Shown here: positions 53,234-64,000 of the stretch, piece by piece
How positions within the stretch are numbered: position 1 is the stretch's first letter
How the letters are laid out: every line of letters starts with the position of its first letter
From: Paecilomyces variotii
Lineage: Eukaryota
Length of the DNA stretch: 64,000 bases
Assembly (NCBI GenBank): GCA_004022145.1
Contig: RCNU01000003.1
Reading direction: 5' to 3' (one strand)
The notes under the pieces: model-generated
Told to the model about the DNA's origin: nothing
The model's input: only the letters and a program-made list of their open reading frames with translations
The model's database searches: none
Position numbers and translations under genes: made by a program

Positions 53234-55003
53234 CTAGTGGGCCACAGCAACGGTCTTGTTGTTCTTTAGTCGCTCCTTGATAATGTCCTTGCGCTCCTTG
53301 CGGAGCTTAAAAGCGTACGGAACGCCGAATCCGTGGTTGAAGACCTCCTTGATCTCCTCGAGAGTCAAGCCCGAGACTTCAGGGTAGAAGAAGATGATCA
53401 AGATCCAACCGACACCACAGATACCGGCGTAGAAGCCAAAGGCACCGGACGGCGTCCAGGCCTTCATCATCGAGAGGAACGTGCTGGAAATGATCACGTT
53501 GCTGCCCCAGGAAGAGCAAGCTATCCACATTGTTCCCATAGCGCGGACTTCCAGTGGGAAGAAGTCGGTGCTCATCCAGGCAATGTTCCCGACGGACACA
53601 CCGTAAAACACGACGAAGAAGATGATGAAGACGAGGACGGCAATAGCTGCTGGAGGGATCTTGGTTGATTCGACAGCCAGTGTATCGAGGTTGACTGGGA
53701 TGTAGAGGAATGCGATGGCAATTGCGATCAGTGAGGCGGACATAGCCCAGACAGTGCATAGCATGATACGACGGCGTCCGACACGGTCGACGATCACCAT
53801 GTTGACCCAAGTCATTATAAAGTTGACTCCAGCGACTACAATTCCCACTGCGACGGGGTTATTGAACCCGACCAGCCCGAACAATGTTCCAGAGTAGTAC
53901 ATCAAGCTGTTGAAACCGGACAGCTGAGAGATGACCATCAGGCCGGTGGCACTGAGCAGGGCGCGGAGGTTGGCTGGGTTGGTGTGCATCTGCTTGATCT
54001 TAGACCACCGGCTTTCACCTTCATTCACCTCCTTGGCTTCATCACAGGCGATCATGATTGAGGTCACCTTGCTAGCAACCTGCTCGTCGGTGGCGCCCTT
54101 GTAGATCTTCTGGAGCACCACCCTGGCCTGGTCTACCTTGCCATGGTAGATGAGATGACGAGGTGATTCCGGACAGAACGGCAGCAGAACCGCAAGCGTA
54201 ATAGCAGGGACAGCTGCTAGGCCCACCATATATCTCCAGCCATTAGGCACATTGGCAAAGGCTGCCCCAATGGCATAGGAGACCACCTGACCTCCTGTGA
54301 TAGACATATTGTTCAGTCCGATAAGACGGCCTCGCACCTTGGTCGGAGCGATCTCTGCGATGTAGAGGGGCACGACCATGGCTGCGGAACCGACACCGAA
54401 TCCGATCACAAGACGTCCCACGGACATCTGCGCGATGGTGAACGATGCAGCTTGCAAAACGGCACCAATGGTGAACAGACCACAGCCGATATAGATTGCC
54501 ACCTTGCGGCCGTACTATACACTGTCTTAGCCATGCGATCAATAATTCGGGTTGTATATGATTTAACATACCCTGTCTGCCGTGAGGCCGGCGATAATGG
54601 CTCCCACAAAAGCACCTCCTGAGCATAGTGAGGTGATCAACTCCTTTTCGCTGCTAGACACAGGCCGGTTGTTGAGATCGTTACCCAGATACACGAGGAC
54701 GGCAGATATAATTCCAGTATCATATCCAAACAATGACCCAGCAATAGACGCTGTTAGAGCCACCAGCCAGACGAACTTGCTTGTTGGTAGGGAGTCGATA
54801 GAAGTATCGTCGGACTCCCATGCACTGTGTTCGATATCGCCGTCAACCTTGTCCGCATGGACGACGTCGGGCTTGTCGAGGCTCATTCTGTCTGCTGGAT
54901 ACGAATGTATCTTGCCTGTAATGGGTCGAGCGTGTTCGATATGCCGGTACTCTTCGCGCTTGTCATCTTTACTCTGCGTCTGCTGCTCATTTTGAATTGC
55001 CAT
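53234..55003 (-). CDS. Sugar-porter family MFS transporter, myo-inositol transporter-like; 1 intron
   Basis: LFGYDTGIISAVLV, DR|YGRK, PLYIAEIAPTKVRG, PESPR, VDRVGRRR, FFPLEVRA and PEVSGLTLEEI. Confidence 0.85.
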
Positions 55004-55298
55004 GGTGGAATATATCACGTGGCGGTGACGACGTATAATGGATATAGAAACAGTAAGAATCAAAGATCCCTCATAAATGTATTATTGGAAAAAGCAATCC
55101 TATCATTCAGGTAGATAAGTGTTTAATGAGATGAGCAGTGGGCAGATCTGGCAGGTAGCTCTTGGTGTCGCCGACATGAACGGCAGGACACATGGTGCGT
55201 AGCACCGTATAAATAATACTTCGGTAGGGAGACCAGACGACGACGAGTATGGACGTGACATGATCATTGGACACGGAGAGACTAGATGGTGGCTTTTT

Positions 55299-55808
55299 GC
55301 GGGGGATAAACGGTGTCTGGAGAGAAAGCTGGGGTTGTGGAGCGGACTTCCTGACTTGGGAGTATGATTCGACTGGGAATGCCTACTTTTGCTTGCTGGG
55401 AACTTTCCTTTCTTTGTCTTGGGCTGGCTTTCTTGGGATGGGATTCCCCAGAGTAACTGGCCCGGAGACTCTGCGCCATTTTCCCCGAATCATACCCTGT
55501 GCTGTAGGTACTGTACGGTAGTACTTACTATCCACCATGGATTGTCTTGTAGACACTCCAGACTGTCGTACGTTCATACTGTCTGTGTAGAGCAGGAATG
55601 TGTATCAACGTCGACTCAATGCCAATCCTCTTGAATTCCATGTCGTCATAATTTTCTTCTAGTGTATTTTTCCCCGCAAAAAGCCGCGATGGTGTGGAGC
55701 ATTCATTATTGTAGGAGAAAAAAATGCGGGGGGAACTAACGAAGAGGAGTAAAGTCAAGACATCTTCCCCAACCATACCGTTTCTCCCAATACCCGCGTC
55801 AACTGGAG
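55299..55808. promoter_or_regulatory. Cluster of SYGGRG (CreA-type) sites in the divergent transporter/regulator promoter
   Basis: Matches at 55299, 55317, 55329, 55337, 55672 (reverse), 55694, 55726 and 55803. Confidence 0.4.
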
Positions 55809-56111
55809 AAAGTGTCGGCTAACCGGTCACCTCAACCGAGGACATCATTGGTGTGTCGCCCGATCCCAGTCAAACTGCAGCGAATTATCTCCTCTTCTAT
55901 GGAAATTGTCAGCCCGAGCAGAAATACCCTGGGCAGTCCCAATTGCCGACCTCATCCAGCGCCACAGTGGACTGGAGGCACATTTAGGCAACTTGTCGCC
56001 GTGTTTTCGCTCGATCGATCGAGGACGATGATCACGATAAGTCTATAGGGCTTATACCCTTTCTGTCGCTGCGCCGCGTCAATATCGATGGCTGAGTCTC
56101 GCCCGGGGAAG

Positions 56112-58408
56112 ATGTCGGCGGAAACTCCACGACCGCGACGAGGGCAATTCGACTCTCTACTGCCTTGCAATAATTGCAGATAAGTTATTGGATCCATCCG
56201 ATTGCCTGGAGGACCGTGAATATTGACTGGCTGCCCACACAGAGAAGCATGTGAAATGTAGGTATTATGCCACGAAAGATCATGGACCATTGATGGACAA
56301 CCAGAGAAATCCTGACCAGCGGAACAGGTCACTACGATTCAGATGGCCAATGTCAACGGTGTAAGCGTGAAGGCGAAGAGTGTGTGCGCGAACGAACCAG
56401 GATCCGATTCCGTCATGGTTCTCGTGGCAGCTTCCATACCACCTTCGCCGAAGACCAGCCCTGGGTGGGCACGGGAGGTAATGCTTGTAATCCATGCCGT
56501 TTGTTTGTATCCGATGGCCGCAAGTATAGGCGCTTAATGCATCAGTGAATAGGGATATTCCAGTTTGTCAATGAGACGGCTGGGGTTGTAGCAAGTTACT
56601 TGCAACAAGAGGGCCCCGATAGAGAATCAGATGCCGTGGTGGAAGACGAGCCATGGGGTGATCACAATGTCCGGTTATTGACAGGACAGACACCGGCAAG
56701 CGGTGGCACCAAGAAGCAGCCTGAGTCCTCTGCGTTGGTAACCTGTGCGAGAAATGTACCAGGTGCATCTACGCCAAGACGTTCGTTCTCTGGCAGCATC
56801 TCCTGCGAGCCATCGCATGGGAGGAACGAGATCGATAGGGAGCAACCGACAGGCAGAGGCATGAGTGGTCATGCTCAAGAGCCAGCTTCCACACCATTAT
56901 CATCATCGTCGTCGTCGCAGGCCTTCCCTCTTCCGCGCTACCGCCCCAGGGTCCCGTCATATTCGGCCCCTCGAACACCCTCTGATTATCCTTCTGTGTC
57001 TGATTTCTCCAGCCCAGGATCAGCGTCTGCGTACCAGATTTTCCAGCAGGCTGTCCTTCAAGATCCTACTACAGACCCTTTCTGGGACGACCTAGTGAAA
57101 CGACCCGCCAGAGAAACGTTCCACGATGGCCACGGCCGCCTGCAGGCAGTACTTCTTCGTTATTATGCAGAAGAGATTGCCGACCGGTTCGACCTCTGCG
57201 ATCCTGAACGCCATTTTGCTCGGGTGGTCCCTCAGCGAGCGCGCTCCTGTCCGCCTCTGTTAAACGCGATCTTTACCACATCAGCCCGCCATCTCACACG
57301 GCTCCCAAGGCACCGTCATGCAGCAGGGGCAGTGGAGTGGAGAGGCAGCCTTCTTCCTGATCTGACTGAGGAAGTAGCCGTGTATTATCATAATGAATGC
57401 ATCCGAGATCTGTTGAGATTGAGTGTTGACCCGGAACAGATTCACGATGAGAACCTTCTAGCTGCGGCGACCATCCTCCGGACGGACGAAGAGATGGATT
57501 CTCCGGTGCGGGATGGCGACGGTGACCAGGAGGTGTTTCTGCAGATGTTGAACATTTTCATCAACGCACAAGTTCCAGCTGTGACAGCGACTTCTCAGCC
57601 GCGACCTGGTTACCTTGAGCAGCAGATCAACAACAACACCGCGAGTGGCATGCAGGCTTTTGAGGGGATGGGCCATGCTCACCCTGCCCAGGATCTTCAC
57701 GTCCAAGGCCTGCGGCAAGCTGTCATCCGGATTGCCCTCCGCCAGGAGCTCTTCACATCGTACATGAAGCACCGTCCGTTGAAGTTCCCTCCCTTCCATT
57801 ATGAACCTTTTCGTGGTTTCTCCCCAGCTGACGACACCATGTGGGCTCATCGTCTTGTGATTTTCTGTGCCGATGTGTTGCAGTATTGTTATGGAGCCAA
57901 CGACGCAGGGACACCTCATCACTCTGAGATACAGTGGCAGGAGCTAAAGCGCTACGGTGAAGAATTAAGACTGGCACTGCCAGAGTCCTTTGCGCCCATT
58001 TTCTATCGGCCCCCGAACATAGAGACGGAGGAGATCTTCCCAGAGATCTGGTACCTGCAAGATTGCCATGTCACGGGAATGATGCACGCAGAACTGGCAC
58101 GACTGTTACTGGCAGTATACAATCCCACCCGACCTCGATTGGGTCATGGATACGCCGCCAGCATGCGGGAGCTCACCTTCGAGCTTCAAAAGACCGTGTT
58201 GCGGCTCTGTGGGATTGCACTCAGTAACCGCCAGTTGCCGTCCGTGTTCATCGAGGCATTCATGGGCATTTCCACGTACGGGGAGTATTTTGAGGACCAA
58301 AGGGCACAAGCAGCATTACTTGGCGTTCTGGACGTGATGCACGAAGAGCATGCTTATCCCACCGCAAAGATCGTCCAGGCGTTGAAAGAGGCGTGGGGTT
58401 GGGTTTGA
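56112..58408 (+). CDS. Zn(II)2Cys6 transcription factor; exons 56112-56179, 56241-56257, 56328-56477 and 56553-58408
   Basis: The spliced N-terminus gives CNNC-REKHVK-C-HYDSDGQ-CQRC-KREGEE-C followed by IRFRHG. The C-terminal fungal TF domain has FDLCDPERHF, CPPLLNAI, ENLLAAATILR and FPEIWY. Confidence 0.82.
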
Positions 58409-59161
58409 GATTCAATGACTATTCAGCATGCAGGAAAAGGCACAATCTTTGCTTGCAGATCGAAAAGAAAAGAAAAGATGTCGAGTTATAGCGAGTCTAC
58501 TCTCTTTATTGAATCACGCAGCAAGTCAATTCCAGTTGCTAGGCTTTTTTATCTATCTTCCTGATGACAGCACGATAACTAGACACTCCAGACCCGTCCG
58601 GAAATCATTGCTGCCGCTATGGCCTGACTCGAGGAGGAACTGTAGCAGGAGTCCATAGGTGATCGGAAATTGTTTACCAGGATCCATCACATGGTCAGCC
58701 ACCAGCAGCAGTAAGGCTGTATCTTCCCCTCTTCCTCTCGTTGCTTAAGTTAGTATGTTATGTGTTGATGTCCCGCAAGGCCATCGGAGGCAGTTTCCCG
58801 GTTGCTGCCAAGACAGGCAAGTGCCGCCGCCCGACATTCCCCACGGGGCAACTCCGCGCGGAGTAACAGTGGGCCTATCGCCCGCCCCGGTTTTCCTCTT
58901 TGGGCCGCACGGCGATTGAGCTTCGAATTTCCTTTTCCGAATGTCAACAAATCGGGCCATTTGGTGTAGCACGAGAGATGGACGAGGTACGCGGAGATTG
59001 TAGGGGACGCTATATCTAGGTAATGGTCTCGCTGGTCTGAAAAGGGCTGGATTGTCATCGAAGTGCATTGTTGGCGGATCTCTCCCAAGTAAACGGTTCT
59101 TTGAAGACGTCGTTGCTGCTTGAAAATCTCAGGGAATTCCCACACTAACCACCACGTCGCC

Positions 59162-60402
59162 ATGTCTACCAAGCTCAAAGTCGCTATCGCTGGTTTGGGC
59201 CGCATGGGCTCCCGCCACGCGAACCACTTCTACTCCTACACTCCCCGCGCGGAAGTGGTAGCGGTCACGTCGCCCGTGCAGAATGAATTGGACTGGGCGA
59301 AGACCAATCTCGGAAATCCCCGAACATACCTCGACTTCGATGAGCTGCTGGAGAAGGAGAAGGATCTGCAGGCGATTGTCATCGCGTCGGCCACTTCCGT
59401 GCACGCAGAGCAGGCCATCAAGGCGATCAACAAGGGACTCCATGTTCTGTGCGAGAAGCCCCTGAGTACGAACATTGAAGAGGTATACTTGGATTTGATC
59501 TAACTGAAGATAATGTCCTATGGGTAGTGGTGATGAGAGGTAGTTATGCTAACGAAGAAACTCAATCGTACAGTCCCAGAAAGTGGTCGACGCCTACCAC
59601 GAATCGCTCAAGACTCGTCCCAACCAGAAGGTCATCTGCGGTTTCTCCCGTCGCTTCGACGCCTCCTACCGCGATGCCTTTGAGAAGCTCCAGTCCGGGC
59701 TGATCGGCCGTCCCAGCGTCTTCCGCTCCCAGACCTGCGACAAGCTGGACCCGTCCGGATTCTTTGTCGAATACGCCCAGTTCTCTGGTGGTATCTTCGT
59801 CGACTGCTCCATTCACGATATCGATCTGGCGCTCTGGTTCTTCGGTGAGGACTCAGTCGTCAAGTCTGTTACTGCCGTTGGTATCACTGCCGTGTCTCCT
59901 GAACTGAGGAAGTACAATGATCGCGACAATGCTCTTGGGATCGTGGAGTTTCACGATGGAAAGATTGCCCAGCTTTTCTGCAGCCGCATGATGGCTGCTG
60001 GCCAGGAGGACTGTGAGTCATTTTCCTATTGAATACTCCCTACTTTCAATCATATTTCAAACAGAGATATTAACATGATTTTCAATAGCCACCGAAATCA
60101 CCGGCACGGCTGGCAAACTCGCCGTCAACACTCAACCGGCGGCCAACCTGGTCAATATCTACGAACCCACCGGTATCCGTCGTGAGATCCCACCCCATTA
60201 CTACGGCCGCTTCCGCGACGCTTTCATCACCGAAGCCAACGAATTCACCGCCTCCTGCCTGGACAACACCCCGCCTCCCATGAAGCTCGAAGGCGCAGTG
60301 GCTGCCGTTCGAATTGGATGCGCTCTGCAGGAATCCCTGATTACTGGAAAGAAGATCGACTTTGATGAGAAAGGAAACCGGATCACTCTGGCGAATCTGT
60401 GA
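59162..60402 (+). CDS. Gfo/Idh/MocA oxidoreductase, myo-inositol 2-dehydrogenase-like; 2 introns
   Basis: GLGRMG Rossmann motif, HVLCEKP, GFSRRFD and SGGIFVDCSIHDID. Confidence 0.88.
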
Positions 60403-61354
60403 TCCCCCGTCCCCTGCCCTAACGGATTATTTTATTTTCTTTCTCCACATCATAAGGCGTAATAATGGCGATGATGATGATGATGATGTCTGCTCTTCTC
60501 TTGGTTTTCATGACTACTTCCTTTGATTATTGGGCATCATGATAGAGACTAAAAATAAAGTAGTAAATTCGTTGTCTCTGCTTGATACTGCGGAATATAA
60601 ATCGAAATCGTCAGCGTTGTCTTAACCCTTATCCAAAAAAAATAAAATAAAATAAAATAAAAAGAAAAAGCAATAAGCAAGACTTCTAAAGACTTCAAAT
60701 GAACACAGTACTGTGCAATATCCAATAATAACAAGTTATGCGATACTTTCGAGGAACGCAAGACTCCAAATAACAAAGAGTATTGTAATAATCACCTAAC
60801 ACCAATTCAATTGGTCCTTTCATTCTTTTGGACATGAAGCTAAACATCCATGAAACCAATAAGGATCCGAAAAATGACCCCCAAGGCGCGCGCGAGGTAA
60901 CGGTCTGAGGTATTCTTACTTCCCGCTAGTTCGATCGCGAGCTTGCTTTCTTCTCCTTCTTAGGACTGATAAAATTAAATGCACTTAACGAATATTTCCT
61001 ATTCAATACCTGAAGGTAAAGGATCCAAGATATCCATGGATGTCTTTGCCCGTCTGGCCCCTAGCTTAGCTCGCGACAGAGGACCTTGGAGACAAACTTA
61101 TCTACCTACCTAGTTAGTCTGGTCTGGTCTGGGACCCCGTACCTAATTAAGGACCTAACGTTTATTATCTCGAGCTTAAATATAGTCTAAATTCACTTCC
61201 GAAAACAGCATATACTTGGAACGGATAGCAAGATCGGGATTGAAAAGAGAAGGTTTCTCCTCTCCAAAAAAGAAAGCTAAGTAGAATTCTATTTAGGAGA
61301 CTTTCTATCTATCTACCTCCCTGAAAGGGACAAAGCACGATTCGCATATCTACT

Positions 61355-63656
61355 TTAAGTGAATGCGCTTTGGACCGATCCGTATCTGTTTATGAGGTCA
61401 GAATTCCAACATTCTGCTGGAATAAAATAAAAAGAAAGACAGAAAGAAAGAAAAGCTCAGACTCACCCTTGTGGGCATTGACTTCCCAATGCAACGCTTC
61501 CACTGCGCATGTAGCAGATTCGTGCTTCTTGACAGGCAGTGTTGGTGCAGTTGGGACTCTGTGTGCTGGATTTTCCCTGGTAGGTATTCTGTAGAGTGAC
61601 CAGACTGATATTCTTCGCCATAGCCTCTGTCACTTGGAACCAGAACGTTGCGTTGAGAGGCTCGTCGGCACCCCATGAGACAGCAGGTCCGTATGTTTCG
61701 CGTGTTGAATATTCCAGGCTGTAAGTCGGGCCTGTCCCGTTCAGTGATGAGAATGAAGACACATTGGAGACAAAGGTGTAGGCCTCGTATATGTTGAAGT
61801 CGCCCGTGTCCACTTCATACAGTCGGAATCCGCTGTTCAAGTTCGTCAGCGGTGTCACACTGGGTCCGATCCAGCCGGTGGTCAGAGCAGTGTCGGCACT
61901 TTGCACGGTTCCGTTATTAGCAAAGTAGATCATAAACTGGTCCTCATGGGTGTGGCCGAAGAAGATATTAGCAATCACGTGCGGCGAGTATCGGTCGACA
62001 ATCTGATAGAAGAGGTTTGTCGGGTTGGGGATCGGGTTGGTGCCGTCCCAGCCACTCAGGACGTGACCCATGATCCAGACGCGCTCACCGGCATCCTCTG
62101 CTTTCTGGAGTTCCTCGATTAGAAACGCCAGGATCCCCGAGTTGTCGGGGTTTTCAGCGTTGATGAAATTGAGATAATTGCTCGAATACCAGAAATCTAG
62201 CAGTGTGTCAGCTTTGTCCTCTTCTGACTTTCCCGCCCTATCACAAGATATGCGTTTTTAGTGAACTTACCAGTGTTAAGGGTGATAATGCGAAGACCAT
62301 AGTGGTTCTTGATTGAGTATGCACCGTAGTGCGTGGCAGCAGTACGGGCGGTCTCCGCATCAATCCATCCCTCATGCTGCCACAGTCCAGCAACGTGATC
62401 ATAATTCCAACTGAGCTCCGCTCCAACTGTGCCTCCCAATTTATGCGGAGCGTCCATATTGGCTGGGCTGGTGTCATGGTTTCCCAAGGCTGCGAAGACG
62501 GGCCCAGTGAGGTACAGCTTGAACATCTCAAAAACGCTAGTCTCGGTGTATTCGACGTATGCTTGCGAGAGCTCTGGCTCAGGGTCATGAGAGACCAGGT
62601 CTCCCGTATATAGGGTCCACCCCAGCGACTCTTGCCCCCTTCCCTTTCCAGTCCCAGTTAGAGGACCGACGGCCTGCAGAACCGCAAGCGCTAGATCGTA
62701 AGGACTATCGCACTTAAACTCGCCATAGGGGGATGCTGACAGGAGGACCTGGTCAGGCGATGCAGTGTTCGGGTTATTGGCCCGACAGCATAGACTGGAT
62801 GAGCAGTTGGCTTCAGCACCCACTGAATATCGTGCATCCAGGTGTAGGTCAGACATATGCAAAACTTTGACGCGCTCCCCGCTGGCCTTGGGGACGCGAG
62901 CCGTAGCATTGGCCGGCTTTGGTTTGGGGAAAAGATTCTCTGTGTTCAGAGGGCTCGTCGATGGACGACTGCAGTAGCTCGAGTTGATCGCATGGCAGAT
63001 GTACTCTCCATCGAGCCCAGTGACATTTGCGTAATACAGGACCTGGGTCCAGATTGCGCCAAAATTGGTCGCATTATACGACGACTGACACGATGAATTA
63101 GAGGCAAAGTGGAAGCTTTCACACAGCGATACCATGGCGCCGGGGACGAAAGATGGTGCATACCAGGCCGCTGGTTGGGCGGCAGCCAAAGCAGCCTGGC
63201 ATCTTTGACAACTACTCAGCGAGCTATTGGACTTGATCACTTCGGTCACATTAGCAATGGTTTCCCTGATAAGGTCCTTGGCTTGCGCATGGGATAGAGT
63301 CTTCCTTGCTGGGGGATATGCCACGGGATCCGAATTGACGGTGGGAAAGTTGGTGGGGTCTGTTAATTCGAATGGGTAGACCGTGTGCAATACCGGGTCC
63401 GATATTATCGGCTGCGGTTCCTGAGTTGGAGATGCGGGGAGAATATAGTATGAGCTATATTTATCCGGCACATCAGTATTAACAAGTTAATACACAAACA
63501 TGAGACCATAGCCGGTGGAAATACATACGAGAACGCGGTAGTTGGAAAGCCTTCAGGCGCCACGAAGGACGACTGCCCGGGGATGGATGAAGCGGCTGCA
63601 GTGGGTGAAGGCACGAATCCCACAGCCAAGAGGCCGCTGAGAAGAGGGAGCTGCAT
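61355..63656 (-). CDS. Secreted acid sphingomyelinase-like phosphoesterase (saposin-like domain plus calcineurin-like metallophosphoesterase); 3 introns
   Basis: Signal peptide MQLPLLSGLLAVGF; metallophosphoesterase motifs HMSDLHLD, TGDLVSHD, LGNHD, MGHV, FFGHTHED and GPSVTP. Confidence 0.9.
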
Positions 63657-64000
63657 GCCGGGAAAACAACTAAGTATTCCCAGCGAAAAATAAGAATAAA
63701 AATAAAAATAGTAATACCCTCTGTACAATTCCTTTCGCCGTGCCCGACGGAGATCCCTGCAATGCACGCGTGGTCGTCAATCAATCCGGGTGCAGAACTT
63801 CAGTCCGAAGTCAAGGCGCCCTGGAAGGAGAAGGAACACCCTGCAACATAAGCGCGCTCCGGGAACTCCTAGATGTCTATATAGCTGTGGCTGCTACCAC
63901 AAAATTGATTTCAGCAATAATCTGAAGTCCGCGTCATTGTCGGATGGAACCGAATTCCACTGAGCTTCTCTCACGCGAGCGAATTGCGATAGAGACAAGC

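Noticed and set aside
59120-59161. In-frame TTG extension upstream of the dehydrogenase as a possible cryptic PTS2
   Set aside because: It does not match [RK][LVI]x5[HQ][LA].
60630-60670. (ATAAA)n and poly-A/T tracts here and at about 4905 and 30592
   Set aside because: Simple sequence; no TIR, LTR, TSD or transposase nearby.
1-64000. tRNA, 5S/rRNA, CRISPR or mobile elements
   Set aside because: The GTTCGA-like matches I saw lack a cloverleaf context, and I noticed no rRNA, repeat-spacer array or transposase/RT motifs. Small ncRNAs cannot be excluded without an Infernal/Rfam scan.

Overview
Eukaryotic, intron-rich, gene-dense chromosomal DNA from a filamentous ascomycete. Aspergillus/Paecilomyces-like Eurotiales is inferred from protein style, GT..CTRAY..YAG introns and pyrG structure. 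I can support about 26 protein-coding genes. Core genes: an allantoate-type MFS permease, pyrG, MAPEG, DGAT1-like MBOAT, pfs2, a TMEM170-like protein, pex8, ste14, a sugar O-acetyltransferase, a USP34-like deubiquitinase, TFIIE-alpha, pus1, bud4, mrh4, set9, mitochondrial L14, rpb9 and Pin1/Ess1. The rest are four orphan ORFs, a putative inositol-utilisation trio (transporter, Zn2Cys6 regulator, dehydrogenase) and a secreted sphingomyelinase. I found no rRNA, tRNA, transposon or CRISPR. The most interesting signals are in splicing. (1) An rpb9 intron encodes an alternative CxxC..CxxC C-terminus. (2) The pus1 first exon is open in two frames, and two 3' splice sites 14 nt apart could switch between a nuclear-type and a mitochondrial-presequence-type N-terminus. 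(3) The Zn2Cys6 domain can only be assembled with an AT-AC intron and a 17-nt microexon. (4) bud4 carries a 159-nt in-frame retainable intron. All exon models were read by eye and need RNA evidence.
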